Shown: piece after piece, positions 25,529 to 33,913 of the stretch
How the letters are laid out: each line of letters starts with the position of its first letter
How positions within the stretch are numbered: the stretch's first letter is position 1
Virus record (IMG/VR): IMGVR_UViG_3300020044_008626
Location: 1-34,427 of that record
Strand: one strand, 5' to 3'
From: a virus
Lineage: Duplodnaviria > Caudoviricetes
Length of the DNA stretch: 34,427 nucleotides
Translations under genes and position numbers: made by a program
Notes under the pieces: model-generated
What the model saw: only the letters and a program-made list of their open reading frames with translations
Databases searched by the model: none
Told to the model about the DNA's origin: nothing

Positions 25529-25995
25529 AACACGAACCTTGCGACCTCGAAATGAGCACGACTTTCGGAGAAATCTACACTGGCCCGACTTGCGAAGCCT
25601 GCAACGGCCCCATAGTTTACGACGACGGCATCTGCGATGATTGCCGCACTCGCCAGCTCGAATACGAGCAAGACGAAGCATGGCCGGTTTACAAGGCATC
25701 GCTGCGATACGGCCAGGATCAAATGCAAGCCCTCAGTGATAAACTGGACGGCTGGCAATACATCGGCGGAGACGTCCGCTACGAAAAAGACGGTGACAAC
25801 AAGCGAGTCGCACACGCTAACCAGTTGCAATTCATCAACGGCAAATGCGCCGTGGTGTTCTCACACGACACACTCGGATGCAGGCCGCGGATTACGATCT
25901 ATAAAGGCAACCCGGCATTTCACGACTGGCAAGCCTCATTTTCCTGCCACACTCCGGCAGACATCATCATTTCCGCTGCAAAAGCGGCGGTTTAA
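25525..25995 (+). CDS. Hypothetical protein with CxxC pairs
   Basis: CEAC..CDDC. Confidence 0.65.
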   Translation: MKHEPCDLEMSTTFGEIYTGPTCEACNGPIVYDDGICDDCRTRQLEYEQDEAWPVYKASLRYGQDQMQALSDKLDGWQYIGGDVRYEKDGDNKRVAHANQLQFINGKCAVVFSHDTLGCRPRITIYKGNPAFHDWQASFSCHTPADIIISAAKAAV

Positions 25996-26015
25996 CACGA
26001 CAACAAAACACGACA

Positions 26016-26999
26016 ATGCAAGACACACAAATCACGGCGTCACAGCCGAAAGACATTCGCTCGATAATAACGAGCGACAAAATGAAAGCGCAGTTCGCCG
26101 CCGCTTTGCCTCAGCATCTCACGCCAGATCGGTTCTGCCGCATCGCATTGACCGCGCTGACTCGCACGCCTAAACTGGCAGAATGCACGCCTGAAAGCCT
26201 CATGCGCTGCTTGCTGGACCTCTCGGCATTTGGCATTGAACCGGACGGACGAAGGGCGCATTTAATCCCATTCGAGAATCGCAAACTTGGAGTGGTGGAA
26301 TGCACGCTGATACTCGACTGGAAAGGCATCGCAGAGCTTGCTATGCGCTCCGGCATCATCGCAAAACTCCACGCCGATATTGTCTGCGAAAACGACGAGT
26401 TTGACTACAACCTGGGCGAAGTCGTCAAACACAAGATCGACTTTCGCAGGCCGCGCGGAGAGATGTATGCCGTTTATGCGATGGCCGAAACAAAGGACGG
26501 CCCGGTGTTTGTTGCCGTGCTGAACAAAGAAGAAGTCGATGGAGTGCGCAAGCGTTCCAAATCTGGCAACCTTGGGCCATGGGTGACAGATTACAATGAG
26601 ATGGCAAAGAAGACAGCATTCCGCCGTCTCGCTAAGTGGCTGCCGCTTTCCGCCGAGTTCAGAGACGCTGTTGATAAAGATGAGGATTTGCCAGTCATCG
26701 AGCGCGATGTGACGCCGAAAGCCGCAAGAGCCGTGCCGCTTGATCCATTCGCAGCATTGCCGGAGCCGGAGGAAACGCCAGTCATCGAAGCCGCCGCAGA
26801 TCCAATGGACGACGCCGCGCTCTTAGACTTGCTCGACATGATCAACGAAGCGCCGAACACCGAGACGATCAACAAACTGATTCAGTCCGCGAAGTCTGGA
26901 TTTGACGGCGCAAAGCTCGACATTGCAAAGCGGGCGATTAGCAGCCGGGCAAAAGCAATCGGCGCAACCTGGAACACGGAAGGAGGGGAATACGAATGA
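26016..26999 (+). CDS. recT: RecT-family single-strand annealing recombinase
   Basis: ALPQHLTPDRF.RIALT, L.ECTPES, PWVTDYNEMAKKT..RRL.KWLPLS. Confidence 0.95.
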   Translation: MQDTQITASQPKDIRSIITSDKMKAQFAAALPQHLTPDRFCRIALTALTRTPKLAECTPESLMRCLLDLSAFGIEPDGRRAHLIPFENRKLGVVECTLILDWKGIAELAMRSGIIAKLHADIVCENDEFDYNLGEVVKHKIDFRRPRGEMYAVYAMAETKDGPVFVAVLNKEEVDGVRKRSKSGNLGPWVTDYNEMAKKTAFRRLAKWLPLSAEFRDAVDKDEDLPVIERDVTPKAARAVPLDPFAALPEPEETPVIEAAADPMDDAALLDLLDMINEAPNTETINKLIQSAKSGFDGAKLDIAKRAISSRAKAIGATWNTEGGEYE

Positions 27000-27235
27000 G
27001 CGCACAAATTGATGGCGAAGCGCCAGCGTTTCCAGTGCCTTTATTGCCGGGTGAAACTTGGATTGGACCTGGATCACCTCTCGGCATGACCCTCCGCGAC
27101 TACTTCGCGGGGCAGGCTTTGGCGGTATTACTAACTCTGCCAGAAGACCCAGAATTTACGACGATTCATTTCGCCAAAGCATCATACGAGATGGCAGACG
27201 CCATGATCGAAGCACGGAAAGGAGGCGAGCGATGA
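26996..27235 (+). CDS. Conserved small phage protein
   Basis: PAFP..GMTLRDYFAGQAL..Y..ADAM..AR. Confidence 0.8.
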   Translation: MSAQIDGEAPAFPVPLLPGETWIGPGSPLGMTLRDYFAGQALAVLLTLPEDPEFTTIHFAKASYEMADAMIEARKGGER

Positions 27236-27873
27236 AAATTCACAAAGGCTTTCTCCAAGGCTCAGAGGAGTGGTTCGCACTTCGACGCGGCAGAGTCACG
27301 GCATCAAATTTTAGCCGCATCATCACACCGGCAAAGGCCGCTTATTCTGCGCAGGCAAAGAGCTACATGCGTGACCTTGTGGTTGAGTGCTTTTGTCCGG
27401 ACTACGCTAAATTCATCGGCAATAAATGGACAGACCGAGGAACCGAAATGGAACCTGAAGCACGCAAGGCTTTTGAGCAACATACGGGACTCGTTACAGA
27501 GCAAGTCGCATTCGTGACCGCTGGAAAATGGGGTCACGTTGTAGGATGCTCGCCGGACTCGTTGATTGCCATCGAAGGCGAATATTGGGCCGGACTGGAA
27601 ATCAAATGCCCGTCACCATTCACACATGCCGAGTATATTGAGGACGGCACACTGCCGGATCAATACAAAGCTCAGGTGCATGGAAGCATGGCAGTTACCG
27701 GCTTGGACGAGTGGCATTTCTTTTCCTACTTTCCTGGCTTGCAGCCTTTTCACCTCGTTGTCACACGCGACGATTACACAGCAAAGATCGAAGCAGCTAT
27801 CGAGCAATTCGTCACCGAATACGGCGCATATCGCGCAATGATGGCACCTAAACTCCAACTCAATGCCGCATGA
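27232..27873 (+). CDS. YqaJ/lambda-type exonuclease
   Basis: QGSEEW...R.G.VTAS, SPD, LEIKCP, Y.AQV. Confidence 0.93.
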   Translation: MKIHKGFLQGSEEWFALRRGRVTASNFSRIITPAKAAYSAQAKSYMRDLVVECFCPDYAKFIGNKWTDRGTEMEPEARKAFEQHTGLVTEQVAFVTAGKWGHVVGCSPDSLIAIEGEYWAGLEIKCPSPFTHAEYIEDGTLPDQYKAQVHGSMAVTGLDEWHFFSYFPGLQPFHLVVTRDDYTAKIEAAIEQFVTEYGAYRAMMAPKLQLNAA

Positions 27874-28076
27874 AAGCCCATCCACTAATCAGCGCAATCA
27901 AGCGCCGCATCCGCGAGCAAAAGAAATGGCACCGCCGCGCCTTGTTTCCGAACTACAAACGCGACGTGATTCACCCTCGCCGCGTGTATCTCATCACTCG
28001 CAATGACCGCCGATTCGCAGTCGTCGCGCAAAGCAGATATGATGCCGAAGCGATGATTGAGGAGGTGCCGCAATGA
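27870..28076 (+). CDS. Hypothetical protein
   Basis: ATGA-coupled at both ends. Confidence 0.65.
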   Translation: MKAHPLISAIKRRIREQKKWHRRALFPNYKRDVIHPRRVYLITRNDRRFAVVAQSRYDAEAMIEEVPQ

Positions 28077-28276
28077 ACATTACTCGCGTCCAAGTTATCA
28101 AATACAATGAAAGCGGCGATGCGTGGCCTATTGCCACAATCGACATCGACAAAAAAGGCAACGCTAAATTGGCCGGCAGCGCCATCGAATCATATGACGC
28201 TTTACTCATTGCCACAAAACAAACTGCGATGCGCAAGGCTCAAGAAGAAATGAAACAAGCATTGAACACGAAATGA
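28073..28276 (+). CDS. Hypothetical protein
   Basis: ATGA-coupled at both ends. Confidence 0.65.
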   Translation: MNITRVQVIKYNESGDAWPIATIDIDKKGNAKLAGSAIESYDALLIATKQTAMRKAQEEMKQALNTK

Positions 28277-28722
28277 AAATCACCTTTTTTATACCCGGCA
28301 TTCCAGCTCCAGGAGGCAGCAAGCGATTCGTCGGGCATTCCAAGAAAACAGGCCGTGCAATCCTAATCGACGCGGCAGGGCAACGGAATAAAGACTGGCG
28401 ATCAATTGTCGGCATCTGCGCTGCTTCTGAAATGCAAAAGTCCGGCGCAGTATTTCACGGGCCTTTGCGCGTGAAGTTTGATTTCATCATGCCACGCAGG
28501 AAAGGCGATTTGAACAGCAAGGGACAGCTCAAAGCATCCGCGCCCTTTTATCACACGACAAAGCCCGATGCACTCAAACTCGCACGATCAACAGAGGACG
28601 CCATGACCGGCATAGTTTACAACGACGATGCACAAACGGCGATCTTAGAAATTTCCAAACGTTACGCCGAGATTGGCGAGCCGTGCGGATGTCAGGCAAC
28701 AATCAGCAACCTAGAAGACTAA
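28273..28722 (+). CDS. rusA: RusA-family Holliday junction resolvase
   Basis: IPG.PAP.GSK, KPD..KL.RS..DA.TG.VY.DDAQ. Confidence 0.9.
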   Translation: MKITFFIPGIPAPGGSKRFVGHSKKTGRAILIDAAGQRNKDWRSIVGICAASEMQKSGAVFHGPLRVKFDFIMPRRKGDLNSKGQLKASAPFYHTTKPDALKLARSTEDAMTGIVYNDDAQTAILEISKRYAEIGEPCGCQATISNLED

Positions 28723-28723
28723 T

Positions 28724-29053
28724 ATGGCAAGACCAATCAAACTCAAAATCAACGTCACGCGCATCCTGAAAGAGCATCTTTACGAAGGCAAAAATGGAAA
28801 GTATCTCGACCTTGTCGCATGGCCTAACAAGAACGGGCCGGACCAATACGGCAACACTCACATGGTATGTCAGGAGCTAAGCCGAGAAGCACGCGACAAA
28901 GGCGAGCGCGGGCCTATCATTGGCAATCTACTGCTGCCTGAAGAGGAGTTTATGCCGAGCGGCAAAGTCGCCGGAGACGGTAGAAGCGAGCGCAAAAGGC
29001 CTGCGCCCGCGATTGTTGAAGATGATGATGATGATTCACAAATACCTTTTTAA
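28724..29053 (+). CDS. Putative single-stranded DNA-binding protein
   Basis: GKNGKYLD..DQYGN..PIIGN and an acidic DDDDDSQIPF tail. Confidence 0.65.
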   Translation: MARPIKLKINVTRILKEHLYEGKNGKYLDLVAWPNKNGPDQYGNTHMVCQELSREARDKGERGPIIGNLLLPEEEFMPSGKVAGDGRSERKRPAPAIVEDDDDDSQIPF

Positions 29054-29089
29054 TTGCGTCCCTTTTTAATTGGCTTACAGTTACGGCCT

Positions 29090-29572
29090 ATGAATAAAAT
29101 ATGCTTCAAATGCAGCAACAGTAAGCCATTAGACAACTTTTACGCGCATGCTGAAATGGCCGACGGGCATCTCAATAAGTGCAAAGATTGCACAAAAAAA
29201 GACACCGCTGAAAGAGAGGCGCGAATGGCAAATGATCCAATATGGCGCGAAAAAGAACTTGAGCGCCACAGGATTAAAGCTGCAAAATTCAGAGCCGAAG
29301 GCAGAAAGCCTAACGCAGAAGCAATGAGAGCAGGTAAAGAAAAATACAATAAAGCCAACAGGCTAAAACGACAGGCTCAAGCAAAAGCTTTGCGAGCGCA
29401 AAGGAGGGGTATCTTGGTTGCAAAGCCTTGTGAAATCTGCGGATCTACGAACCGCATTCAAGGTCACCATGAAGATTACTCAAAGCCTCTTGATTTGATG
29501 TGGCTTTGCCCAAAGCACCATGGAGAAAGGCATGTGCAAATTAACAAAGCGAAGAGATTGCAGCAAGCATAA
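29090..29572 (+). CDS. HNH-like zinc-finger endonuclease
   Basis: CFKC..CKDC and CEICG...HHEDYSKPL...WLC..HH...H. Confidence 0.8.
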   Translation: MNKICFKCSNSKPLDNFYAHAEMADGHLNKCKDCTKKDTAEREARMANDPIWREKELERHRIKAAKFRAEGRKPNAEAMRAGKEKYNKANRLKRQAQAKALRAQRRGILVAKPCEICGSTNRIQGHHEDYSKPLDLMWLCPKHHGERHVQINKAKRLQQA

Positions 29573-29589
29573 CAACACCAACACGACAC

Positions 29590-29892
29590 ATGACAATCAC
29601 CATCACAGACGCAAGCGCATTTACCGTCGCATGCCGAAAGCACGGGTTAACGCGCAAAACCGCAGGACTAACGGCGCTGCAAGACTTGATTCAACTCCGC
29701 GAAGCTCCATCGCCAGCAAGGCCGATAGATCACAACGCACGCACGAAGTTTTCGACATTGCGTTACATCGGGCCGCTAATCGCCAACGGCTTAGCAGCAT
29801 TCGACCGAGCCGAGCAACACTATCACATCACCGAGGCCGGCCTAGACTGGCTTGAGCGCCTGCAATCCGCCGGAATAATCTCGTCGCACTAA
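29590..29892 (+). CDS. Putative winged-helix protein
   Basis: LIANGL...YHITEAG..WL. Confidence 0.55.
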   Translation: MTITITDASAFTVACRKHGLTRKTAGLTALQDLIQLREAPSPARPIDHNARTKFSTLRYIGPLIANGLAAFDRAEQHYHITEAGLDWLERLQSAGIISSH

Positions 29893-29901
29893 TGCGGCAG
29901 A

Positions 29902-29962
29902 ACGTCGCCCTCCCCTCATGCTTCCTACTTGGCACACGGGGCGGGGCGGCGTCACATTTTCT
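29902..29962 (+). terminator. Probable terminator hairpin
   Basis: ACGTCGCCCTCCCC / GGGGCGGGGCGGCGT imperfect stem followed by a T-rich tail. Confidence 0.5.
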
Positions 29963-30009
29963 CTTGGCCCTTGTGCCGTTTTGCGTAAACTTTACTCGTC
30001 ACTAAGACA

Positions 30010-30100
30010 CATCGTTGGACCCGATGAAACTTCACACTTTGCCCCCTCCATGCCGTATGCTGAAAAGCTACGGGGTCCACATGGCAGGGGGCTTTCTATT
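30010..30100 (+). ncRNA. Structured attenuator-like leader of the replication operon
   Basis: Hairpin loop TGGACC is complementary to the GGTCCA bulge of a downstream terminator-like stem with a GAAA tetraloop. Confidence 0.55.
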
Positions 30101-30103
30101 GTT

Positions 30104-30430
30104 ATGAGCGTTGTAAAAAAGCAAGACTTGAAATGGATGTCAGTTTTTCTTGAGGGGCGAGATTTAATTTGCGTAAGCTGCTCACAAATTCTGAGCCACC
30201 CATTTATATACTGGGAAATGGGCAGCCACTTGGAGTTAGAAAATAGAGGCATAATGCTTTGTGACGATTGCGCCGAAAGAGTAGGGAGGGGCTTAATAGT
30301 TGACGCTTTTGAAGCAAAAGGAGGCGAAGTCGTTAGGCCGAAAAAGGGATTGCCCGGTCGGGATTATGCTGGCGCTATAGAGTGGCAAAGGCAACGCATT
30401 GAAGAACGCTGGCCATCTAAATCTATTTGA
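30104..30430 (+). CDS. Hypothetical CxxC protein
   Basis: 108 aa from ATG 30104; CVSC..CDDC. Confidence 0.6.
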   Translation: MSVVKKQDLKWMSVFLEGRDLICVSCSQILSHPFIYWEMGSHLELENRGIMLCDDCAERVGRGLIVDAFEAKGGEVVRPKKGLPGRDYAGAIEWQRQRIEERWPSKSI

Positions 30431-30434
30431 GTTT

Positions 30435-31175
30435 ATGAGCGTTCACATCTCATCCGTCATCTGGAAGGTCATCATGCCAAACGCAGGCCGCAAACTTGTA
30501 GCCGTGGCGCTTGCGGATATGGCAAACGATGACGGCTCCTGCTGGCCTTCACTGCGCACCCTGAGCGCCCGGTGCAATCTGTCAGAGGATTCGATCCGCA
30601 ATCACCTGCACGCGCTGGAAGCCATCGGCATCCTTAAAGCCTCGCCAAGATTCCAAGAGGGGCGGCAGACCTCGAATGTCTATTGTTTCGCGCCCGATGT
30701 TGTAACAGGTAAAGCGTTACATTTGGAAGGGGGGAGGGTGGAGCCTGCTCCCCCTCTGGAAAATAGGGAGGGGGGGAGAAAACAGGAGGGGGAGGGTGGC
30801 AAAAAACAGGAGGGGGGAGGGTATGAAAAACTCCCCCCCCATGAACCATCATATAGAACCATCATTGAACCACCACTACCTCAGGCTCCGCCTTCGTTGG
30901 AGTTGGAGGCTCAAGAATCAAAACCAGCACTGACACCCGAACAGATCGAAGTCGCCTCATGGCTCAATCGCAGATCGACAACGCCATGGAGCGCGAAAGA
31001 ACTCAAAGCCTGGAAGCAAATCCCGAAGCCAATCGACTCCGAAGACTGGCAAGCGCTCAAATGGTTTTACACCCGCTCCGGCTGCAAATACCTCCGGCGC
31101 GATTTATGCACGCTCCTGAACAACTGGAGCGGTGAAATCGACAGAGCAAAAAACTACGACCCGAGCGAGAAATAA
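30435..31175 (+). CDS. Phage replication initiator (N-terminal winged HTH)
   Basis: KLV..ALADMANDDG.CWPS..TL...CNLSE.SIR..L..LE..G, with internal repeats and an upstream position relative to dnaB. Confidence 0.85.
   Translation: MSVHISSVIWKVIMPNAGRKLVAVALADMANDDGSCWPSLRTLSARCNLSEDSIRNHLHALEAIGILKASPRFQEGRQTSNVYCFAPDVVTGKALHLEGGRVEPAPPLENREGGRKQEGEGGKKQEGGGYEKLPPHEPSYRTIIEPPLPQAPPSLELEAQESKPALTPEQIEVASWLNRRSTTPWSAKELKAWKQIPKPIDSEDWQALKWFYTRSGCKYLRRDLCTLLNNWSGEIDRAKNYDPSEK
30727..30840 (+). repeat. Iteron-like G-rich repeats, putative replication origin
   Basis: AAAACAGGAGGGGG(G)AGGGT twice, plus partial direct and inverted copies inside the initiator gene. Confidence 0.65.
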
Positions 31176-31207
31176 ACGCAAACATAAACATCAACACGAA
31201 CACGACA

Positions 31208-31558
31208 ATGAACACGATACCAAACAGCCCGAATGACATGCCGCCTGAATGGCACAATGACGCTAGACAAATACGCAACGCGCTCGTCACGCTTGACCAG
31301 TTCGCTTGCGTTGACATCCACTGGGAGCGCGATGGATACGACGATGAGGGAAACCCGAAAGGGGAGTGGGAAATTGCAGTCGAAACAAACAGTGGATTGA
31401 GAATTAGGAGTCGCAATTGCGAAATCACCCACGCGCTATGGTTTGCAACGCAGATGGCAGATGCAGCCGTGCAAGCCTGCTATTTGCAACGCAAGGCCGC
31501 AAGGGAAGCCGCCCTTGCAAAACTGACGACCGAGGAGAGGAGGATGCTTGGGGTATGA
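31208..31558 (+). CDS. Hypothetical protein
   Basis: 116 aa; C-terminal ALAKLTTEERRMLG. Confidence 0.75.
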   Translation: MNTIPNSPNDMPPEWHNDARQIRNALVTLDQFACVDIHWERDGYDDEGNPKGEWEIAVETNSGLRIRSRNCEITHALWFATQMADAAVQACYLQRKAAREAALAKLTTEERRMLGV

Positions 31559-31749
31559 GCAAAAGAATAATTGAAGTCATGGTATCGCAGACAATAACCG
31601 AACGCGACCCGCGAGAACTCGCCCTCGGTTTCCTGCGATACGAAGCCCTCCGCAAACTTGGGCCTCACAAATACGCGGAACTGTGCCGAAAGAACATCCG
31701 CGAAGGATGGCGCTTTGATGACTTGGTTGACGAACTCATCACGAAATGA
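31555..31749 (+). CDS. Hypothetical protein
   Basis: 64 aa; ATGA-coupled at both ends. Confidence 0.7.
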   Translation: MSKRIIEVMVSQTITERDPRELALGFLRYEALRKLGPHKYAELCRKNIREGWRFDDLVDELITK

Positions 31750-33143
31750 AACCGCCACCAACAATCGAGGAGCTTCTGGCTTCGCTCAATCGGGAGGTGC
31801 CATTTTCCGACGATGCCGAAAAGGGTGTCATTTCGTGCGTTTTACAGCGCCCCGAACTCATGGCAGATGCGCCAGCGCCTGCCACCCTTTACCACGCCGC
31901 AAATCGCCTAGTTTTCGCCGCAATGGTCGATCTAGCGAATCACGGTAGGCCATTCGACCCGATCACGCTTACCCATAGCCTCCGCGAGCAAGGAAAGCTC
32001 GAAACCGTAGGCGACGGAGCTGCAATCTCGGAGCTGTTTGCGTTTGTGCCGATCCCCTCGCATTTTGCGCACTACAAGCGCATCGTGATGGAAAAGTTTG
32101 CACTGCGCGAAATCATCACCGCATCATGCCTGAATATCCAACAGGCCCAGGATCACGGCAAAGAGGGCGAAGATGATGTCACTATCGTCATGGATGAGGC
32201 CGCACGAAGGCTACAGGACGCACGCGAAATCGCAGCGATGGAGGAGAGCGCCGAATTGCCCGCCGTGCCGATTCGTGAGCTTGTGGCGCAGGTGTTGGAA
32301 GATGCCGAGGCGATGGCGCACTCAGGCAAAAAGATGGCCGGACTCTCCACCGGCATCGACGCGATTGATGCAATCATGGGAGGGTTAGAGCCGGGATGCC
32401 TAACTGTCATCGCGGCAGAGTCTAGCGACGGCAAAAGCTCACTCTGTCGCCAGATGCTCGAATCTGTAGCAAGTGAGGGACATCAGGCGGTCGATTACAC
32501 CTACGAGATGATGCCGAAGACCGAGGCAAGGCGCGTGCTATGCTCGCAGGGTAGGATTGACGCGAAATCGCTCAAGATGGGAATGCTCACGCGCGGAGAG
32601 CAAATGGCGCTGGCGTCTCATGCTGGCAAGGTAAGTCGCTGGGATATGGATATTGCAGACGTTGCGGGCAAGACGATTGAGGCTATCTGCCGAGATATAG
32701 CGAGGCGATGCCGGAAGCTGCCACAAGGCAAGCGCATCGTCGCAATGATCGACTACATCCAGCTCTGCAAAACAGCGGCAGCGAGTAAAAACAGAGAGCG
32801 CGAAGTCGCACACATCACGGCTACGGCTAAACAGTGCGCGAAGACGACCGGCGCTCATATCCTCATGCCGTCGCAGCAAAACAAGGAGGGCGAGGTTCGC
32901 GAATCTATGGCGATTGAACAGGACTGCGACAACCTCATTCAAATCCAAAAGATCGAAGGCAAGAGTGGAAGCAAAAAACCAGCTTGGAAGCAAGACAACG
33001 AAAAAGACGAGCCGAACAATCGGCGGCGCATTTTCTTCAAAAAACTACGCGACGGTGAACGATACGCCTCGGTGATGATGGAGCTACGCGGCCAGTTTTA
33101 CCGTTTCGACCTCATCCCTGGCGACGACCCGTTTCAGGATTAA
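31746..33143 (+). CDS. dnaB: Replicative helicase, DnaB family
   Basis: PFSDDAEKGV, GLSTG, variant Walker A AAESSDGKSS, IDYIQL, RES.AIEQD.D, K.RDG. Confidence 0.92.
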   Translation: MKPPPTIEELLASLNREVPFSDDAEKGVISCVLQRPELMADAPAPATLYHAANRLVFAAMVDLANHGRPFDPITLTHSLREQGKLETVGDGAAISELFAFVPIPSHFAHYKRIVMEKFALREIITASCLNIQQAQDHGKEGEDDVTIVMDEAARRLQDAREIAAMEESAELPAVPIRELVAQVLEDAEAMAHSGKKMAGLSTGIDAIDAIMGGLEPGCLTVIAAESSDGKSSLCRQMLESVASEGHQAVDYTYEMMPKTEARRVLCSQGRIDAKSLKMGMLTRGEQMALASHAGKVSRWDMDIADVAGKTIEAICRDIARRCRKLPQGKRIVAMIDYIQLCKTAAASKNREREVAHITATAKQCAKTTGAHILMPSQQNKEGEVRESMAIEQDCDNLIQIQKIEGKSGSKKPAWKQDNEKDEPNNRRRIFFKKLRDGERYASVMMELRGQFYRFDLIPGDDPFQD

Positions 33144-33152
33144 ATGCAGATT

Positions 33153-33171
33153 TTTCATTTTTCCGTTTTAC
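33153..33171 (-). promoter_or_regulatory. 19-bp motif, copy 4 (inverted)
   Basis: Reverse complement GTAAAACGGAAAAATGAAA; overlaps a TTTACA -35-like hexamer on the + strand. Confidence 0.55.
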
Positions 33172-33240
33172 ATCCGCCGATGATGTGGCAATCTCCCGCA
33201 TTGCCAAATGGCATAACAACAACACGAACCGAACACGAAT

Positions 33241-33507
33241 ATGAACTCACCAGCCTACAAAGCCCTCGAAAACATTGCCATGACGCTGCGCCTCCGCGCT
33301 AGCGAGTTGATGGATAAACCACATGTCGCGGGTGCGTTTGACGCAATGGTGCGCGGCGAAAGCCCTCCAGCAGGCACCCCATACAAGGTGTGGGGTTTTG
33401 TCTGCTCGCATCGCTATTTTGTCGAGAAATTTGATGCGCTGATCCGCGCAAAAGTCATCACTCGCGACGAGGCAGATGCACTCGAAAGCATTGCTATGAA
33501 CGCTTAA
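33241..33507 (+). CDS. Hypothetical protein
   Basis: 88 aa with a double AACACGAA leader. Confidence 0.7.
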   Translation: MNSPAYKALENIAMTLRLRASELMDKPHVAGAFDAMVRGESPPAGTPYKVWGFVCSHRYFVEKFDALIRAKVITRDEADALESIAMNA

Positions 33508-33550
33508 AGCAAAGCCACGTGGCCGCGCATCCTACACGCGGAAAAACACC

Positions 33551-33868
33551 ATGAAAACAACTGGCATCTGCCCCGAACTTGCTCAGGCTCTGCAATCCTC
33601 CAGTCAATGGGAGCGCGATAACGAGCCGATGCGAATAGCGATGGGCGGCGTGGACCTGCTGGCAGTTGACCCAGCAAACGAGACGCTCATGGTAATGCGG
33701 GCGGTGTCTGCCGAAGTCCGCAACGGAAGGCCGCTAATCACAATGATCTGCCAACGTGTCGTAACCGGGAATGAATACCGGGACTGGCAACAGTCTGGAA
33801 ACGTCCCGATTCAATCGGGAGATGCAGGTTCAAATCCTGCCGTTGGCGCATTTTGCCCTTGTAAATAA
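33551..33868 (+). CDS. Hypothetical protein whose 3' end overlaps a tRNA-like element
   Basis: 105 aa with leader AAAAACACC. Confidence 0.55.
   Translation: MKTTGICPELAQALQSSSQWERDNEPMRIAMGGVDLLAVDPANETLMVMRAVSAEVRNGRPLITMICQRVVTGNEYRDWQQSGNVPIQSGDAGSNPAVGAFCPCK
33750..33848 (+). ncRNA. tRNA-like element with an expanded D-arm
   Basis: Acceptor stem GCCAACG/CGTTGGC, T-arm GCAGG-TTCAAAT-CCTGC, anticodon-like arm CCCGA-TTCAA-TCGGG. Confidence 0.6.
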
Positions 33869-33913
33869 ATCCTTGCCATTTTTTGCATTAGGCGCAATCT
33901 CGCAAAACACGAC

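Noticed and set aside
29897-29953. GCAGAAC-led hairpin as another attC site
   Set aside because: It ends in GTC rather than GTT, the arms pair without unpaired spacers, and no matching cassette partner was found. It is better read as a terminator.
32409-32441. Degenerate DnaB Walker A (AAESSDGKSS) as a sign of inactivation
   Set aside because: The GKS core and the other helicase motifs are retained, which is consistent with ordinary phage divergence.
33804-33820. UCA anticodon as evidence of genetic code reassignment
   Set aside because: TGA is used as a normal stop throughout (many ATGA overlaps), genes are intact in the standard code, and the loop geometry is non-canonical.
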